A DNA stretch of 64,000 nt from an uncultured bacterium (GCA_963768305.1 CAVYHE010000004.1:69555-133554), one strand, 5' to 3'; positions 11,422 through 21,871 are shown, counted from the stretch's first letter. Made by a program: numbers and translations. Notes: generated from the letters alone by a model not told the origin.

Positions 11422-11718
11422 ATGGCCGAACTGATGAACTGGAAGCAACTGAAAAAAGGCGACGTGCTGGAAGCCGGCACGGCCGATAAATTCGAAACCG
11501 GCGACTGGAGGAGCAGGAGGCCCATCTGGCATCCGGAGATATGCATCCAATGCCTCTTCTGCTGGATCCATTGTCCCGATTCATCCGTTACTGTGGACAA
11601 GACAACATCAAAAATGACGGGGTTCGATCTGAAGCACTGCAAAGGCTGCGGCATATGCGCCGAAATATGCCCGGTAAAGCCGAATAAGGCCATCACAATG
11701 GAAGGGGAGGAAAAATAA
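11422..11718 (+). CDS. porD: Pyruvate:ferredoxin oxidoreductase delta subunit
   Basis: TGDWRS; two CxxCxxCxxxCP ferredoxin motifs. Confidence 0.93.
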   Translation: MAELMNWKQLKKGDVLEAGTADKFETGDWRSRRPIWHPEICIQCLFCWIHCPDSSVTVDKTTSKMTGFDLKHCKGCGICAEICPVKPNKAITMEGEEK

Positions 11719-11719
11719 C

Positions 11720-12903
11720 ATGCCAATAGTACGCAAAAACCGGAAATGAAGCTATGGCGGAGGCGATGCGCCAGATAAATCCCGACGTTGTCGCCGCTTA
11801 TCCGATAACTCCCGCCACGGAAATAGCGATGATATTCGCGCAGTTCGTCGCGGACGGCCTGGTGGACACGGAATTCGTCGCAGTTGAATCCGAGCATTCC
11901 GCGATGAGCGCCACGCTTGGAGCTTCCGCAGCGGGAGCAAGGGCAATGACAGCCACATCATCGCAGGGACTTGGCATTAATGTACGAGATACTTCCCATT
12001 GCGTCGGCGCTGAGGCTTCCGATAGTGATGCCGGAAGTCAACCGGGCGATATCCGGCCCCATCAATATCCACTGCGACCACAGCGACACGATGGCCGCCA
12101 GGGATTTTGGCTGGATCCATATTTTCTCGGAGAATCCGCAGGAAGCTTACGATAATATCCTTCAGGCGGTAAAGATAGCCGAAGATACAAGAGTAAGGCT
12201 GCCGGCCATGGTGACGACCGACGGGTTCATAATCAGCCACTGCATGGAAAAGATAGAGACGATCGACGACGAGAAAGTTAAAGAATATATCGGCGAATTC
12301 AAGCCGGAATATTCCCTGCTTGACATGGACAAGCCGATCACGGTCGGCGCGCTGGACCTTCAGGATTATTATTTCGAGCACAAATACGCCGTCGCGGAGG
12401 CCATGAGGGGCGCGAAAGAAGTGATCGAAGAGGTCGGCAAGGATTTTGGAAAAAAATTCGGCAGAGAATATAAGCTCTTCGAGGAATATAAACTTGATGA
12501 TGCGGATATCGCGATAGTCGCGCTCGGTTCCACGGCCGGCACGGCGAAGAGCGTCGTGGATGACCTCCGGATCAAAGGTATCAAAGCGGGGCTTCTAAAG
12601 CTGCGGGTTTTCAGGCCGTTCCCGTACGAAGAGATGGTGAAAGCGCTCTCAAAGATAAAAGCGGTGGCGGTGTTGGACAGGAGCGACACGTTCAGTTCCA
12701 TGGGCGGGCCGTTGTTCACGGAAATAACGTCCGCACTGTATGATTCCCCGGTAAAGCCGAAAATGGTCAATTATGTTTACGGCCTGGGAGGCAGGGATAT
12801 TTCCACGGAGGAGATCGACGGCGTTTACAGGGAGCTGCAGGAGATCGTCAAGACCGGCAAGGTCAAAAAGGCCTATAATTATCTGGGAGTGAGGGGAATA
12901 TAA
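11720..12903 (+). CDS. porA: Pyruvate:ferredoxin oxidoreductase alpha subunit (frameshifts ~11732 and ~11972)
   Basis: [35 protein letters not shown]. Confidence 0.93.
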
Positions 12904-13826
12904 TGGCCAATATAAAAGAAATGGCGAAACAGGAAGAGAGACTGACGGGCGGCCACCGCGCGTGCGCGGGATGCGGGATCCCGATAATCGTCAGGCAGGT
13001 AATGCATTCGATAAAAGACCCGGTGGTGGTGGGATGCGCGACAGGATGCCTGGAAGTAGTCACTACAATATATCCTTTTACGGCGTGGAACGTCCCGTTC
13101 CTGCACAACGCCTTTGAGAATTCGGCCGCCACGGTATCCGGCATGGAGACGGCGTACAATGCCCTGAAGAAAAAAGGCAAGATAAATAAAGAGATAAAGT
13201 TCGTGGCTTTCGGCGGCGACGGCGGCACATACGATATAGGATTCCAGTCGCTTTCCGGCGCGATGGAGAGAGGCCACGACATGCTTTATGTCTGCTACAA
13301 CAACGAGGCCTACATGAACACCAGCGTTCAAAGGTCCAGCGCCACGCCGATGGGAGCGAACACGACAACGGCCCCCGCCGGAAAAGTGAAACAGGGCAAG
13401 GAACAGTTCAGAAAAAATCTGACCGAGATAATGGTCGCGCACGAGATCCCTTATGTGGCCCAGGCGGCTGTGGGGGACTGGATGGACCTTACGAGGAAGA
13501 TAGAAAAAGCCATGACCATCAAAGGGCCGAAATATATAGGCGTCCTCCAGCCGTGCCAGCTCGGATGGGGATATCCGATGGAAAAGACCGTTGAAATGGG
13601 CAAGCTGGCGATCGACACCTGCATGTGGCCGCTTTATGAGGTTGAGAACGGCAAATACAAATTGACATATAATCCAAAGGTCAAAAAGCCCGTCACCGAA
13701 TGGATGAAGCCCCAGGGCAGGTTCAGGCATCTTTTCAAACCAGGCAACGAAGCCATACTGGAGAAGATCCAGGCAAATGTTGATAAGCATTGGAATGAAC
13801 TTCTGATAAAATGCGGGGTCCAATAA
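12903..13826 (+). CDS. porB: Pyruvate:ferredoxin oxidoreductase beta subunit
   Basis: GHRACAGCG; GGDGGTYDIG...NEAYMNT thiamine pyrophosphate motif. Confidence 0.95.
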   Translation: MANIKEMAKQEERLTGGHRACAGCGIPIIVRQVMHSIKDPVVVGCATGCLEVVTTIYPFTAWNVPFLHNAFENSAATVSGMETAYNALKKKGKINKEIKFVAFGGDGGTYDIGFQSLSGAMERGHDMLYVCYNNEAYMNTSVQRSSATPMGANTTTAPAGKVKQGKEQFRKNLTEIMVAHEIPYVAQAAVGDWMDLTRKIEKAMTIKGPKYIGVLQPCQLGWGYPMEKTVEMGKLAIDTCMWPLYEVENGKYKLTYNPKVKKPVTEWMKPQGRFRHLFKPGNEAILEKIQANVDKHWNELLIKCGVQ

Positions 13827-13842
13827 AGATAAAGGGATTTGT

Positions 13843-13966
13843 TGAATATTGGGGAGTAGCCCCGATGAAATCGGGGCGTTGAGGGGCTTGCCCAGCAAGT
13901 TTAATGAATATAGGGGAGTAGCGAAGCCGATTGAATCGGCGGAGCGCTGAGGGGATTTCCCCTCAG
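13843..13966 (+). repeat. Imperfect tandem duplication containing hairpins (REP-like or structured leader)
   Basis: Two copies of TGAATATWGGGGAGTAGC-[hairpin]-GCGYTGAGGGG at 13843 and 13905. Confidence 0.65.
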
Positions 13967-14010
13967 AGAAACAAAGTTGTGGCAACGTAAGAACAAGGAG
14001 GTGAAGCTCA

Positions 14011-14298
14011 ATGAACCAGAAACAGCTTGCGAACAAGGTCGTGTCAAGGCTTGCCGGCAGCAAGGTGAAAAAAGTGATGGCAGAGAAGATATTCGAGGAA
14101 TCGCTGAACGTCATCACGGAAGCGCTGTCGAAAGGCGAAAAGGTCCGGCTTGTAGGATTCGGTAATTTCTTGGTAAGGACCAGAGCTTCCAGGGTGGGAA
14201 GGAACCCGCAGACAGGAGCGCAGATAAATATCCCGCAGTCCAAGTCTCCTGCTTTTGTGCCGGGAATAAATCTTAAGAAGGCGGTCAAAGGAAAATAA
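14011..14298 (+). CDS. hup: HU family DNA-binding protein
   Basis: VRLVGFGNF...RVGRNPQTG...PAFVPG. Confidence 0.95.
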   Translation: MNQKQLANKVVSRLAGSKVKKVMAEKIFEESLNVITEALSKGEKVRLVGFGNFLVRTRASRVGRNPQTGAQINIPQSKSPAFVPGINLKKAVKGK

Positions 14299-14302
14299 AT
14301 TA

Positions 14303-15863
14303 ATGCCAAAGACATCAAAGGGCCCGGCCCTGAAGGGCGATTCTTCAGGGCAAGTTTTCGATGACCTTGGGCTTCTCTTCGACAGTACTGCCTCCAAGGA
14401 TAAAATCCGCTTTTGAATTACGTTCCAATCTTTCGGAGATGATAGAAATAGTGCTTGATCTGGGGAAATCTCCCGAGATCAGGTTCTCAGGCGGGAATGT
14501 CATTTATGCCGAAGACACTTCCGTTGCCGACGAGGACATAAAATACGTGACCGGGAAGGTGGGCGAATTCACTTCCGATAACAGGGCCGGAATCGAAAGG
14601 ACTCTTCACAGGATATCCGCTATAAGGAACAGGCACGGGAAGATAATAGGCTTAACGCTGAGGCTTGGCCGCGCGATATTCGGGACCATCGACATCATTC
14701 GTGACATTATCGAATCAGGGAAAAACATCCTTTTTATGGGGCCTCCCGGCATCGGAAAGACCACAAAACTGAGAGAAGCTGCCAGGGTCCTTTCTGACGA
14801 GTTCCAAAAACGCGTGATCGTTGTGGATACTTCAAATGAGATCGGCGGGGACGGGGATATCCCGCATCCGGGGATAGGGCGGGCGCGCAGGATGCAGGTA
14901 TCTTCTCCCGACAAACAGCATGCCGTGATGATCGAAGCGGTCGAGAATCACATGCCGGAAGTAATAATCGTTGATGAGATCGGGACCGAAGCTGAAGCCG
15001 CGGCCGCAAGGACGATCGCCGAAAGAGGAGTTCAGCTCATCGGCACGGCGCACGGGATAATCCTTGAAAATATTCTTAAGAATCCGACTTTGTCGGACCT
15101 TGTCGGCGGGATTCAGACGGTCATTCTCGGCGATGACGAGGCGAGGAGACGCCACACGCAAAAAGCCGTCCTTGAAAGGAAAGCGCCGCCCACGTTCGAT
15201 ATCGCCATTGAGATCCGTGAAAAAGACAAATTCGCCATTTACAAGGATGTTTCCTCCGCTATCGACAAGTTATTGCGGGGAGCGGAGCCGGAGCCGGAGA
15301 TAAGGGTAAGGACTCCGGACGGAAAGATAGAGATAAAGGAAGCGCCGAAGGAAATGCCTGAATTCACTCATGAGGAAGAGCTCCAGTCCGAGCTCAAGAA
15401 GGAAAGAAGCATCCTCAGGATATATCCTTTCGGCGTGAACAAGGGATTGATAGAGAGGGCGATAGTGGCGATGCGCATCCCGGCGGCAGTCGCGGATAAC
15501 ATGGGTGATGCGGATATCCTCCTTACCGTGAGATCAAAATCGAGGCCCGGCACAAAAATAATGGAAGCCGCGCAGGAGCACCAGCTGCCTGTCCATGTGA
15601 TAAAGAAGAACGTCTCGAACCAGATAAATAAATTCCTCAGATATTATTTCAAGGTCGGGGGAGCGGATGAATCGGAAGAAATAGCATTAAGAGAGGCGGA
15701 GGAGGCTATCAGGCAAGTTTTGAATTCAAAAAAATCGATCGACCTCAGCCCGCAGAACGCTTACTTAAGAAGGCTTCAGCATCAGCTTGTTGAAGAGCGA
15801 AGGTTAAGGTCGGAGAGCGTTGGCGAAGAACCGCGAAGAAGGCTTAGGATATATCCCGCGTAG
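14303..15863 (+). CDS. Ycf45/SpoIIIAA-family AAA ATPase with C-terminal R3H domain (frameshift ~14378)
   Basis: [51 protein letters not shown]...SVGEEPRRR. Confidence 0.9.
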
Positions 15864-15868
15864 GTTTA

Positions 15869-16609
15869 TTATTTCTTTTGTATATACACGCCCGGATTTA
15901 GCTTTGATGTATTTGGCACGGCCCTGCCGGTGATGTCGAACATTTTCGCTGATGGATCGATCTTGCTGTTCGCGCCAATGAGGATCCTCGTTGGCTTTGA
16001 AATGATTTTAGCTTTTTCAGTACCGTTTGCTTTCTTTAAGTTCTGGTTAACTCCGGTAGAAACCTGGTTAATGAAACACTGCATAAATTCATAAGGCTCT
16101 TGCATTCCGGGAACAGCCGCAGTATCACTAGATGAATTCTTGCTGTGCCACGTGTATTTAATATCACTTAACATAGTTTGTAAACATGAGCCATACAGGG
16201 AATCTCCCGGCATATAATTTGCGTTGACGGGTGCCACTAACCGGGCTACATTAATATTTTTTGTTCCCAGGTCCAGGGTCATGTGCACACTGCCGGCGAT
16301 CATGCAGGTATCAATGGATTGTTGTGTATTGTAATACTGTATTTGAAGCATATATTTGGTCGGGTCAGCGCCACCCATTGGTCCGACATACACTTTATAA
16401 GATTCAAAACCGCATCGGATCGGATAGGTATAATCCCTGCTTCCTGCAGCCTCATAAAGCGGCATGCATGGCAGAAGGTCAGGGTTAATGGCGGATATCG
16501 GAACCCGATCTCCGATCGCTAACGCTTTTCTCAAGTTTTCCGTTTTCGCAGCGCCCGAACTATAAGTTGCTGAATTTGAGCTAACTGGTAATGCGCTTAA
16601 TGTGCTCAA
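15869..16609 (-). CDS. Hypothetical protein with T9SS-CTD-like C-terminus, paralog A
   Basis: Intact 246-aa ORF; Ser/Thr-rich N-terminus; ends KMFDITGRAVPNTSKLNPGVYIQKK. Confidence 0.75.
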   Translation of the reverse strand: MSTLSALPVSSNSATYSSGAAKTENLRKALAIGDRVPISAINPDLLPCMPLYEAAGSRDYTYPIRCGFESYKVYVGPMGGADPTKYMLQIQYYNTQQSIDTCMIAGSVHMTLDLGTKNINVARLVAPVNANYMPGDSLYGSCLQTMLSDIKYTWHSKNSSSDTAAVPGMQEPYEFMQCFINQVSTGVNQNLKKANGTEKAKIISKPTRILIGANSKIDPSAKMFDITGRAVPNTSKLNPGVYIQKK

Positions 16610-16627
16610 TTTATTCTTCTATTTTAT

Positions 16628-17423
16628 TTATTTTTGTATTATGTACAAGCCCGGAGTTACTCTTGAAGCATTCCGTACGGCCCTGCCGGTGATGTCGAAC
16701 ATTTTCGCCGACGGATCGATCTTGCTGTTCGCATTAATAAATATTTTTGTTTTTCCAAAAGCAGGCCTGGATATTACAGCGGCATTCTTTTCTTTCGGAG
16801 GTTCTTTAACGCTTGTTCTGGCAGCAATGCATTCCATAAATTCATATGGTCTTTCCGCCTCCGGGATAGTTGAGGTATCTATAATACCTACTGGCGGGAT
16901 CGAATGTGTCATATTTCCAGATTTCATGTATATTGTAAGCTGCGAAATTTACATATTCGTTCCAAGTAGTATCTGCAGGATGCAAAATGGTATCTGATGT
17001 CATTGTGTAGCCGTTTGAGAGTGTGGAATCGTCTATGAAGTTAATTACTATAGTATGAAGGTCCTTTGTTCCTAAATCCAGATCCACTCTCTGATATTGA
17101 ACCTTATGGTGAGTTTTAGCAACCAATTGGGAATTATAGCTTTGTTCGCTCAATACGTATCTGGTTGAGTCGGAAGTCATCGGTTGGATCTTTATGTTAA
17201 AATTATAAGGCCATAAATTATTTGGATTGATTTGATAATATCTGGTGGCGTCTGTGACAAAAAGCGGTCCGCAAGATTGAAAGTCAGGATTTATGGCTGA
17301 TGTCGGGACCGTATCGCCGATCGCCAGGGTCTTTCCCTGTTTTTCTGTTTTGCTAATCTCCTGTTTTTAACATTGTTTGAACCATTGTTAACTAGAACTG
17401 AACCAATTGATTGGTGTACTCAT
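16628..17423 (-). CDS. Hypothetical protein with T9SS-CTD-like C-terminus, paralog B (multiple frameshifts)
   Basis: RBS GGAGGA before ATG 17423; shares LAIGDxVPxSAINPD, LDLGTK, PYEFMxC and ANSKIDPSAKMFDITGRAV with paralog A. Confidence 0.7.
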
Positions 17424-17490
17424 TTTATTTTCCTCCTTTATTTACTGATCAACCTTCTTCCCGTTGGTTGATCCTTCCTCATACATATAT

Positions 17491-17519
17491 ATATCGACAA
17501 GAATTATGAAAAATTTCAC
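17491..17519 (-). promoter_or_regulatory. Sigma28-like promoter, copy 1
   Basis: GTGAAATTT-TTCATAATTCTT-GTCGATAT, upstream of ATG 17423. Confidence 0.75.
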
Positions 17520-17571
17520 TTTTTCTTGTTCTGGCTACCCCTGTCTTTTTATGCTAAAATCTTTAAGTTTT

Positions 17572-19229
17572 ATGCTTTCAGATATAGAGATAGCCCAAAA
17601 AGCTAAACTTAGACCGATACTGGACATTGCTAAAAAGGCGGGGTTCAAGGCGTCGGAAGTGGAGCTGTACGGAAAAGATAAGGCCAAGATCAATCTTTCC
17701 GCGCTGAAAAGATTATCGAAAAAGAAGAACGGTAAGCTTATCCTTATTACGACGATCACTCCGACATCGTTGGGCGAGGGGAAAACCACCACGACCATCG
17801 GCCTCGGCCAGGCGTTCGCAAAGCTCGGGCAAAAAGCATTTGTCTGTATCCGCGAGCCTTCGCTCGGCCCTGTCATGGGACTTAAAGGCGGAGCGGCAGG
17901 AGGCGGATATTCGCAGGTCCTTCCGATGGACGACATAAACCTTCATTTTACCGGCGACATCCATATGGTCGCCGCGGCGCACAATCTTCTTTCAGCCATG
18001 ATCGATAACCATATTTTCCAGGGGAATGAGCTTAATATTGATCCTCAGCGCGATAGTGTGGCGAAGATGCATGGACATGAACGACAGGGCGCTCCGGAAC
18101 ATCACTTTATCTTATAAAAATGTGACCAGAACAGAAGGTTTTGATATCACTGCGGCATCTGAAGTCATGGCGATCCTTTCCTTGTCAGAAAACTTGACCG
18201 ACATGAAGAACAGGCTTGGGAAGATAATCATAGGATATGACAAGAACGGGGCTGAAATCACCGCAAAAGACCTTAAAGCCGCCGGAGCTATGGCTCTTTT
18301 GTTGAAAGAAGCGTTAAAACCGAACCTCGTCCAGACCATCGAAGGCACTCCCGCGTTCATTCATGGCGGGCCTTTTGCCAATATCGCGCACGGATGCAAC
18401 AGTATCGTGGCTACACGCCTTGCTTTAAAGGCTTCGGACTTCGTTATTACCGAAGCGGGGTTTGGTGCCGATTTGGGTGCCGAGAAGTTCATTGACATAA
18501 AATGCCGCCAAACGGGTTTAAAGCCCGATCTTGTAATCGTCACCCTCACATGCAGGGCCTTAAAAAGGCAGGGCGGGGTCAAAAAAGAGGAATTGTCAAA
18601 GAATAATATCGATGCGCTGACGAAAGGCCTTCCGAATCTGGACAGGCATATCGAAGGTTTAAGGCTTTTTGGGGTGCCTTTACTGGTGGCGATCAATCTG
18701 CGGCCCGAAGATACGAAGGAGGAGATCAATGCCGTGCTCGAGCATTGCAAAAGGATCAAGAGTCGACGCGGTTGTTTCAGATATGTGGCGAAAGGGCGGG
18801 GCGGGCGGCGTTAAATTGGCAAAAATGGCCATCGAAATGATCAGGTCACCGTCCCAATTCAAATATTTATATGAATTGAATCTGCCCGTGACGGCGAAAA
18901 TTGAGACCATCGCGAAAAAGATATACGGCGCCGACGGAGTTGTCTTTACAAAAGAGGCGGAACATGACATGTTGGATATTGAAAAGAACGGATATTCCGG
19001 GCTTCCGATATGCATGGCCAAGACCCAGTATTCATTATCTGACGATCCGAACTTGCTCGGCGCCCCGAAAGGCTTTAATATTACCGTGAAAAAGATAAAA
19101 GTTTCCGCGGGCGCGGGTTTCATTGTCGCTTATACCGGCGACATAATGACAATGCCCGGGCTGCCCAAGCATCCCGCGGCTGAGAACATGGATATTTCCG
19201 AGAACGGAAAAATCAAGGGGTTATTCTGA
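17572..19229 (+). CDS. fhs: Formate--tetrahydrofolate ligase (frameshifts ~18045 and ~18755)
   Basis: [54 protein letters not shown]. Confidence 0.96.
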
Positions 19230-19786
19230 TGAATTTGAAAAAGATCGAAAAAGCCGTTAGGGAGATCTTAACCGCGATAGGAGAGGACCCCGATCGTCAC
19301 GGCCTTAAAGATACCCCCGCGCGCGTCGCAAGGATGTACGCGGAAATATTTTCCGGTATCGCGATCGATCCAGCAAAAGAAATAAAAATATTCCATGAAG
19401 GCGAACACGAGGAAATGATCATGGTGAAGGATATCCCGTTCTATTCTGTCTGCGAGCATCATCTTGTTCCTTTTATCGGTAAGGCGCATGTGGCTTATAT
19501 CCCTACGAAAGGAAAAGTCACGGGACTTAGCAAGCTTATCCGGGTCGTGGAAGGTTATGCTAAAAGATTACAGGTGCAGGAGCGCCTTACAAGCCAGATC
19601 GCGGACACGCTTATGGAAAAACTCGATCCCCGGGGCGTGCTGGTGATAATCGAGGCAGAGCATCTATGCATGTCCATGCGCGGCGTGAAAAAAGCGGGTT
19701 CCGTCACAGTGACCTCCGCGGTAAGAGGGATCTTCAGGAAGAACACAACGACGAAAGCGGAAGCACTGGCACTTATAAAATCCTGA
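19229..19786 (+). CDS. folE: GTP cyclohydrolase I
   Basis: [31 protein letters not shown]. Confidence 0.97.
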   Translation: MNLKKIEKAVREILTAIGEDPDRHGLKDTPARVARMYAEIFSGIAIDPAKEIKIFHEGEHEEMIMVKDIPFYSVCEHHLVPFIGKAHVAYIPTKGKVTGLSKLIRVVEGYAKRLQVQERLTSQIADTLMEKLDPRGVLVIIEAEHLCMSMRGVKKAGSVTVTSAVRGIFRKNTTTKAEALALIKS

Positions 19787-19787
19787 A

Positions 19788-20657
19788 ATGTCCGATATCC
19801 AGATATTGAAGGCCTCAGAAAATAATTACCCCGGACTTCTAAAAAAAATATATGATCCTCCCAAGGAACTTTATGTCAGAGGCGATATGAACATTCTCAA
19901 TAGCCGGTGCATCGCAATAGTCGGGACGCGAAAAGCGACGCATTACGGAAAAGAGTCGGCCAAGCGTCTTGCTTATGAACTTTCAAAGAACGGATTCACC
20001 ATCGTCTCCGGCCTTGCGGAAGGCATTGATACCGAGGCGCATAAAGGCGCGCTTGATGCGGGAGGAAAGACAATAGCTGTTTTCGGGTGCGGTATCGACC
20101 AGATCTTTCCGTCAGAAAATCGAAAGCTTGCTGAAAAGATCGAGGAGAACGGCGCGTTAATATCGGAGTACGGACCCGGCGCAGCTGCCGCAAAATGGAC
20201 GTTCCCAAGAAGGAACAGGATTATTTCCGGGCTTTCTGTCGGGACCGTGATGGTCGAGGGACACTGGGAGAGCGGGGCCATGATCACCGCAAAGCTCGCT
20301 TTGGAAGAGGGCAGGGAGGTTTTCGCTGTCCCCGGGAATATCGAACTTGACCAGTCAAAAGGCCCGCACTGGCTCATTAAGCAGGGTGCTAAGCTGGTCG
20401 AAAATGTGGATGACATCCTTGAGGAATTCAACATGAAACGCTTATCTGACGGGGAAAAGACGCGAAAGGCGGATCATTCACAGCTTTCTATAGATGAGAT
20501 CAAGATCGTGTCGCAGTTGAGCCACGAACCAAAACACATCGATGACATATCAGCTCAAAGCAAACTGTCTGTCCACGAAGCACTGGGATTATTGTCTGTG
20601 CTTGAAATAAAAGGGGCCGTAAAGCAGCTTCCGGGGAAATATTTTATTATTTGTTGA
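19788..20657 (+). CDS. dprA: DNA-processing protein DprA
   Basis: IAIVGTR, VSGLAEGID, FPRRNRIISGLS, GREVFAVPG. Confidence 0.96.
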   Translation: MSDIQILKASENNYPGLLKKIYDPPKELYVRGDMNILNSRCIAIVGTRKATHYGKESAKRLAYELSKNGFTIVSGLAEGIDTEAHKGALDAGGKTIAVFGCGIDQIFPSENRKLAEKIEENGALISEYGPGAAAAKWTFPRRNRIISGLSVGTVMVEGHWESGAMITAKLALEEGREVFAVPGNIELDQSKGPHWLIKQGAKLVENVDDILEEFNMKRLSDGEKTRKADHSQLSIDEIKIVSQLSHEPKHIDDISAQSKLSVHEALGLLSVLEIKGAVKQLPGKYFIIC

Positions 20658-21228
20658 GCGCTTTTTTAAGTTTTTCCGTGGCGGTCTTTGCTATCCTTGA
20701 GACCTGCGATTCCGAAAGTTTTATTTCCTTGCCTATCTCCTTGAATGTTTTGTCATGGTTATAATATCCTTTGATAACAGCTTTTTCAGAATCGGAAAGG
20801 TTCTGCATCGCGCTTTCCACCGTAATGGAAGCATCTGATTCTTCATGCACCATTGATTCCTTGTTGAACGCCATGTAAATATTGGCGGCAGAAGTGATGA
20901 ACTCATACATTCCTGTAACGGGATCGGACCCTCTTTTTCTAAGGTAATCCTGCATGGCACCTTTAAGCCGGACGCTTACGTATGGCCAAAGGGGGCCCTT
21001 TCTGGGATCCCAGGTCTTGAGCGTGTCAATGAAAGCTATTTTTGCTTCGGATATGAGATCGTCAGCTTCGGCTTGCGCGACATTTTTCGGGAGCCCGCCG
21101 ATATACCATCTTGCGGTCTTCGTGATCTGGTCCTTGTATTTCACTAACACTTCGTCCGAATATTTCAGGAAGTGCTCTCTCATTATGCTTATTATCCGGT
21201 CCTCTATCTCTTTTCTTGATACCAGCAT
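20647..21228 (-). CDS. Shortened FliA/WhiG (sigma28)-like RNA polymerase sigma factor
   Basis: Region 2 DDLISE...WDP.KG...RLKGAMQDYLR; region 4 TFKEIG..LSESQVSRI; only 193 aa; downstream of flhA. Confidence 0.8.
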   Translation of the reverse strand: MLVSRKEIEDRIISIMREHFLKYSDEVLVKYKDQITKTARWYIGGLPKNVAQAEADDLISEAKIAFIDTLKTWDPRKGPLWPYVSVRLKGAMQDYLRKRGSDPVTGMYEFITSAANIYMAFNKESMVHEESDASITVESAMQNLSDSEKAVIKGYYNHDKTFKEIGKEIKLSESQVSRIAKTATEKLKKALNK

Positions 21229-21458
21229 CAGGCCTGCCCCTTAAAGGATCTATTGACGGCTTTTATCAATTCATCTTCTCTTTCTTTTTTCTTTTCGGGA
21301 TCCAACTCGTTGCCGAAAGCACCCGACCATTTTCTCATGAATCCGTAGAAGTTTCTTAACACGGGGGATATCCATGAAGGGGTGGGGCCAACAGGCCGTT
21401 CAACCTGCGCTTCCCTTGAAATGCGCACGCTGTCCCTCTCTATTCTGTTGTCGATCAT
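21228..21458 (-). CDS. Small hypothetical protein, possible FlgM-like anti-sigma
   Basis: 76 aa, coupled to the sigma gene; DSVRISREAQ resembles the FlgM DxVxISxxA motif. Confidence 0.5.
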   Translation of the reverse strand: MIDNRIERDSVRISREAQVERPVGPTPSWISPVLRNFYGFMRKWSGAFGNELDPEKKKEREDELIKAVNRSFKGQA

Positions 21459-21760
21459 TTTGTGGATGGACCTCCGGGTATTTTTTCAGGGACAGGTTTG
21501 CGCAGGCGGGTCTCTTCCATTTTCTTGTCGATAAAAACGCTCGCAACGGACAGCGCCTGCCTGCGGAGATCGGGATTTGATACCACCACGTCAGCTATCT
21601 TTGAGACCATTTTTGTGAAGCCGGCACTTAATGTGAACGAATGGCCGTACTCCACCTCAAGGGCCGACCGCACTATTTTTTCAACATGCTCTTTCGCGCT
21701 GCTCCGCGGATCTATCTGTTCAAGCATCCTCGCGTGGAATATATCTGTTTTTTCCGTCAT
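21455..21760 (-). CDS. Small helical hypothetical protein, first gene of the sigma operon
   Basis: 101-aa ORF with RBS; stop overlaps the next start (ATGA). Confidence 0.65.
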   Translation of the reverse strand: MTEKTDIFHARMLEQIDPRSSAKEHVEKIVRSALEVEYGHSFTLSAGFTKMVSKIADVVVSNPDLRRQALSVASVFIDKKMEETRLRKPVPEKIPGGPSTK

Positions 21761-21773
21761 ATTTTTCCTTCTC

Positions 21774-21850
21774 GGAACTGCGGCTAAAAGCCGCGGTTCC
21801 TTTTAAGTCTTTGATTTTGGAACCGAGAGTTTTACTCTCAGGTTCCAAAA
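21774..21850. repeat. Inverted pair of related palindromes (REP-doublet-like)
   Basis: GGAACTGCGGCTAAAAGCCGCGGTTCC and TTTTGGAACCGAGAGTTTTACTCTCAGGTTCCAAAA. Confidence 0.65.
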
Positions 21851-21871
21851 AGCCCGCATTTCACCTATATG

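Noticed and set aside
13843..13966. Possible CRISPR array
   Set aside because: Only two imperfect units, no regular spacers and no cas genes in the window.
12879..14318. 479-aa minus-strand ORF
   Set aside because: Antisense shadow of porB and hup, with no recognisable motifs.
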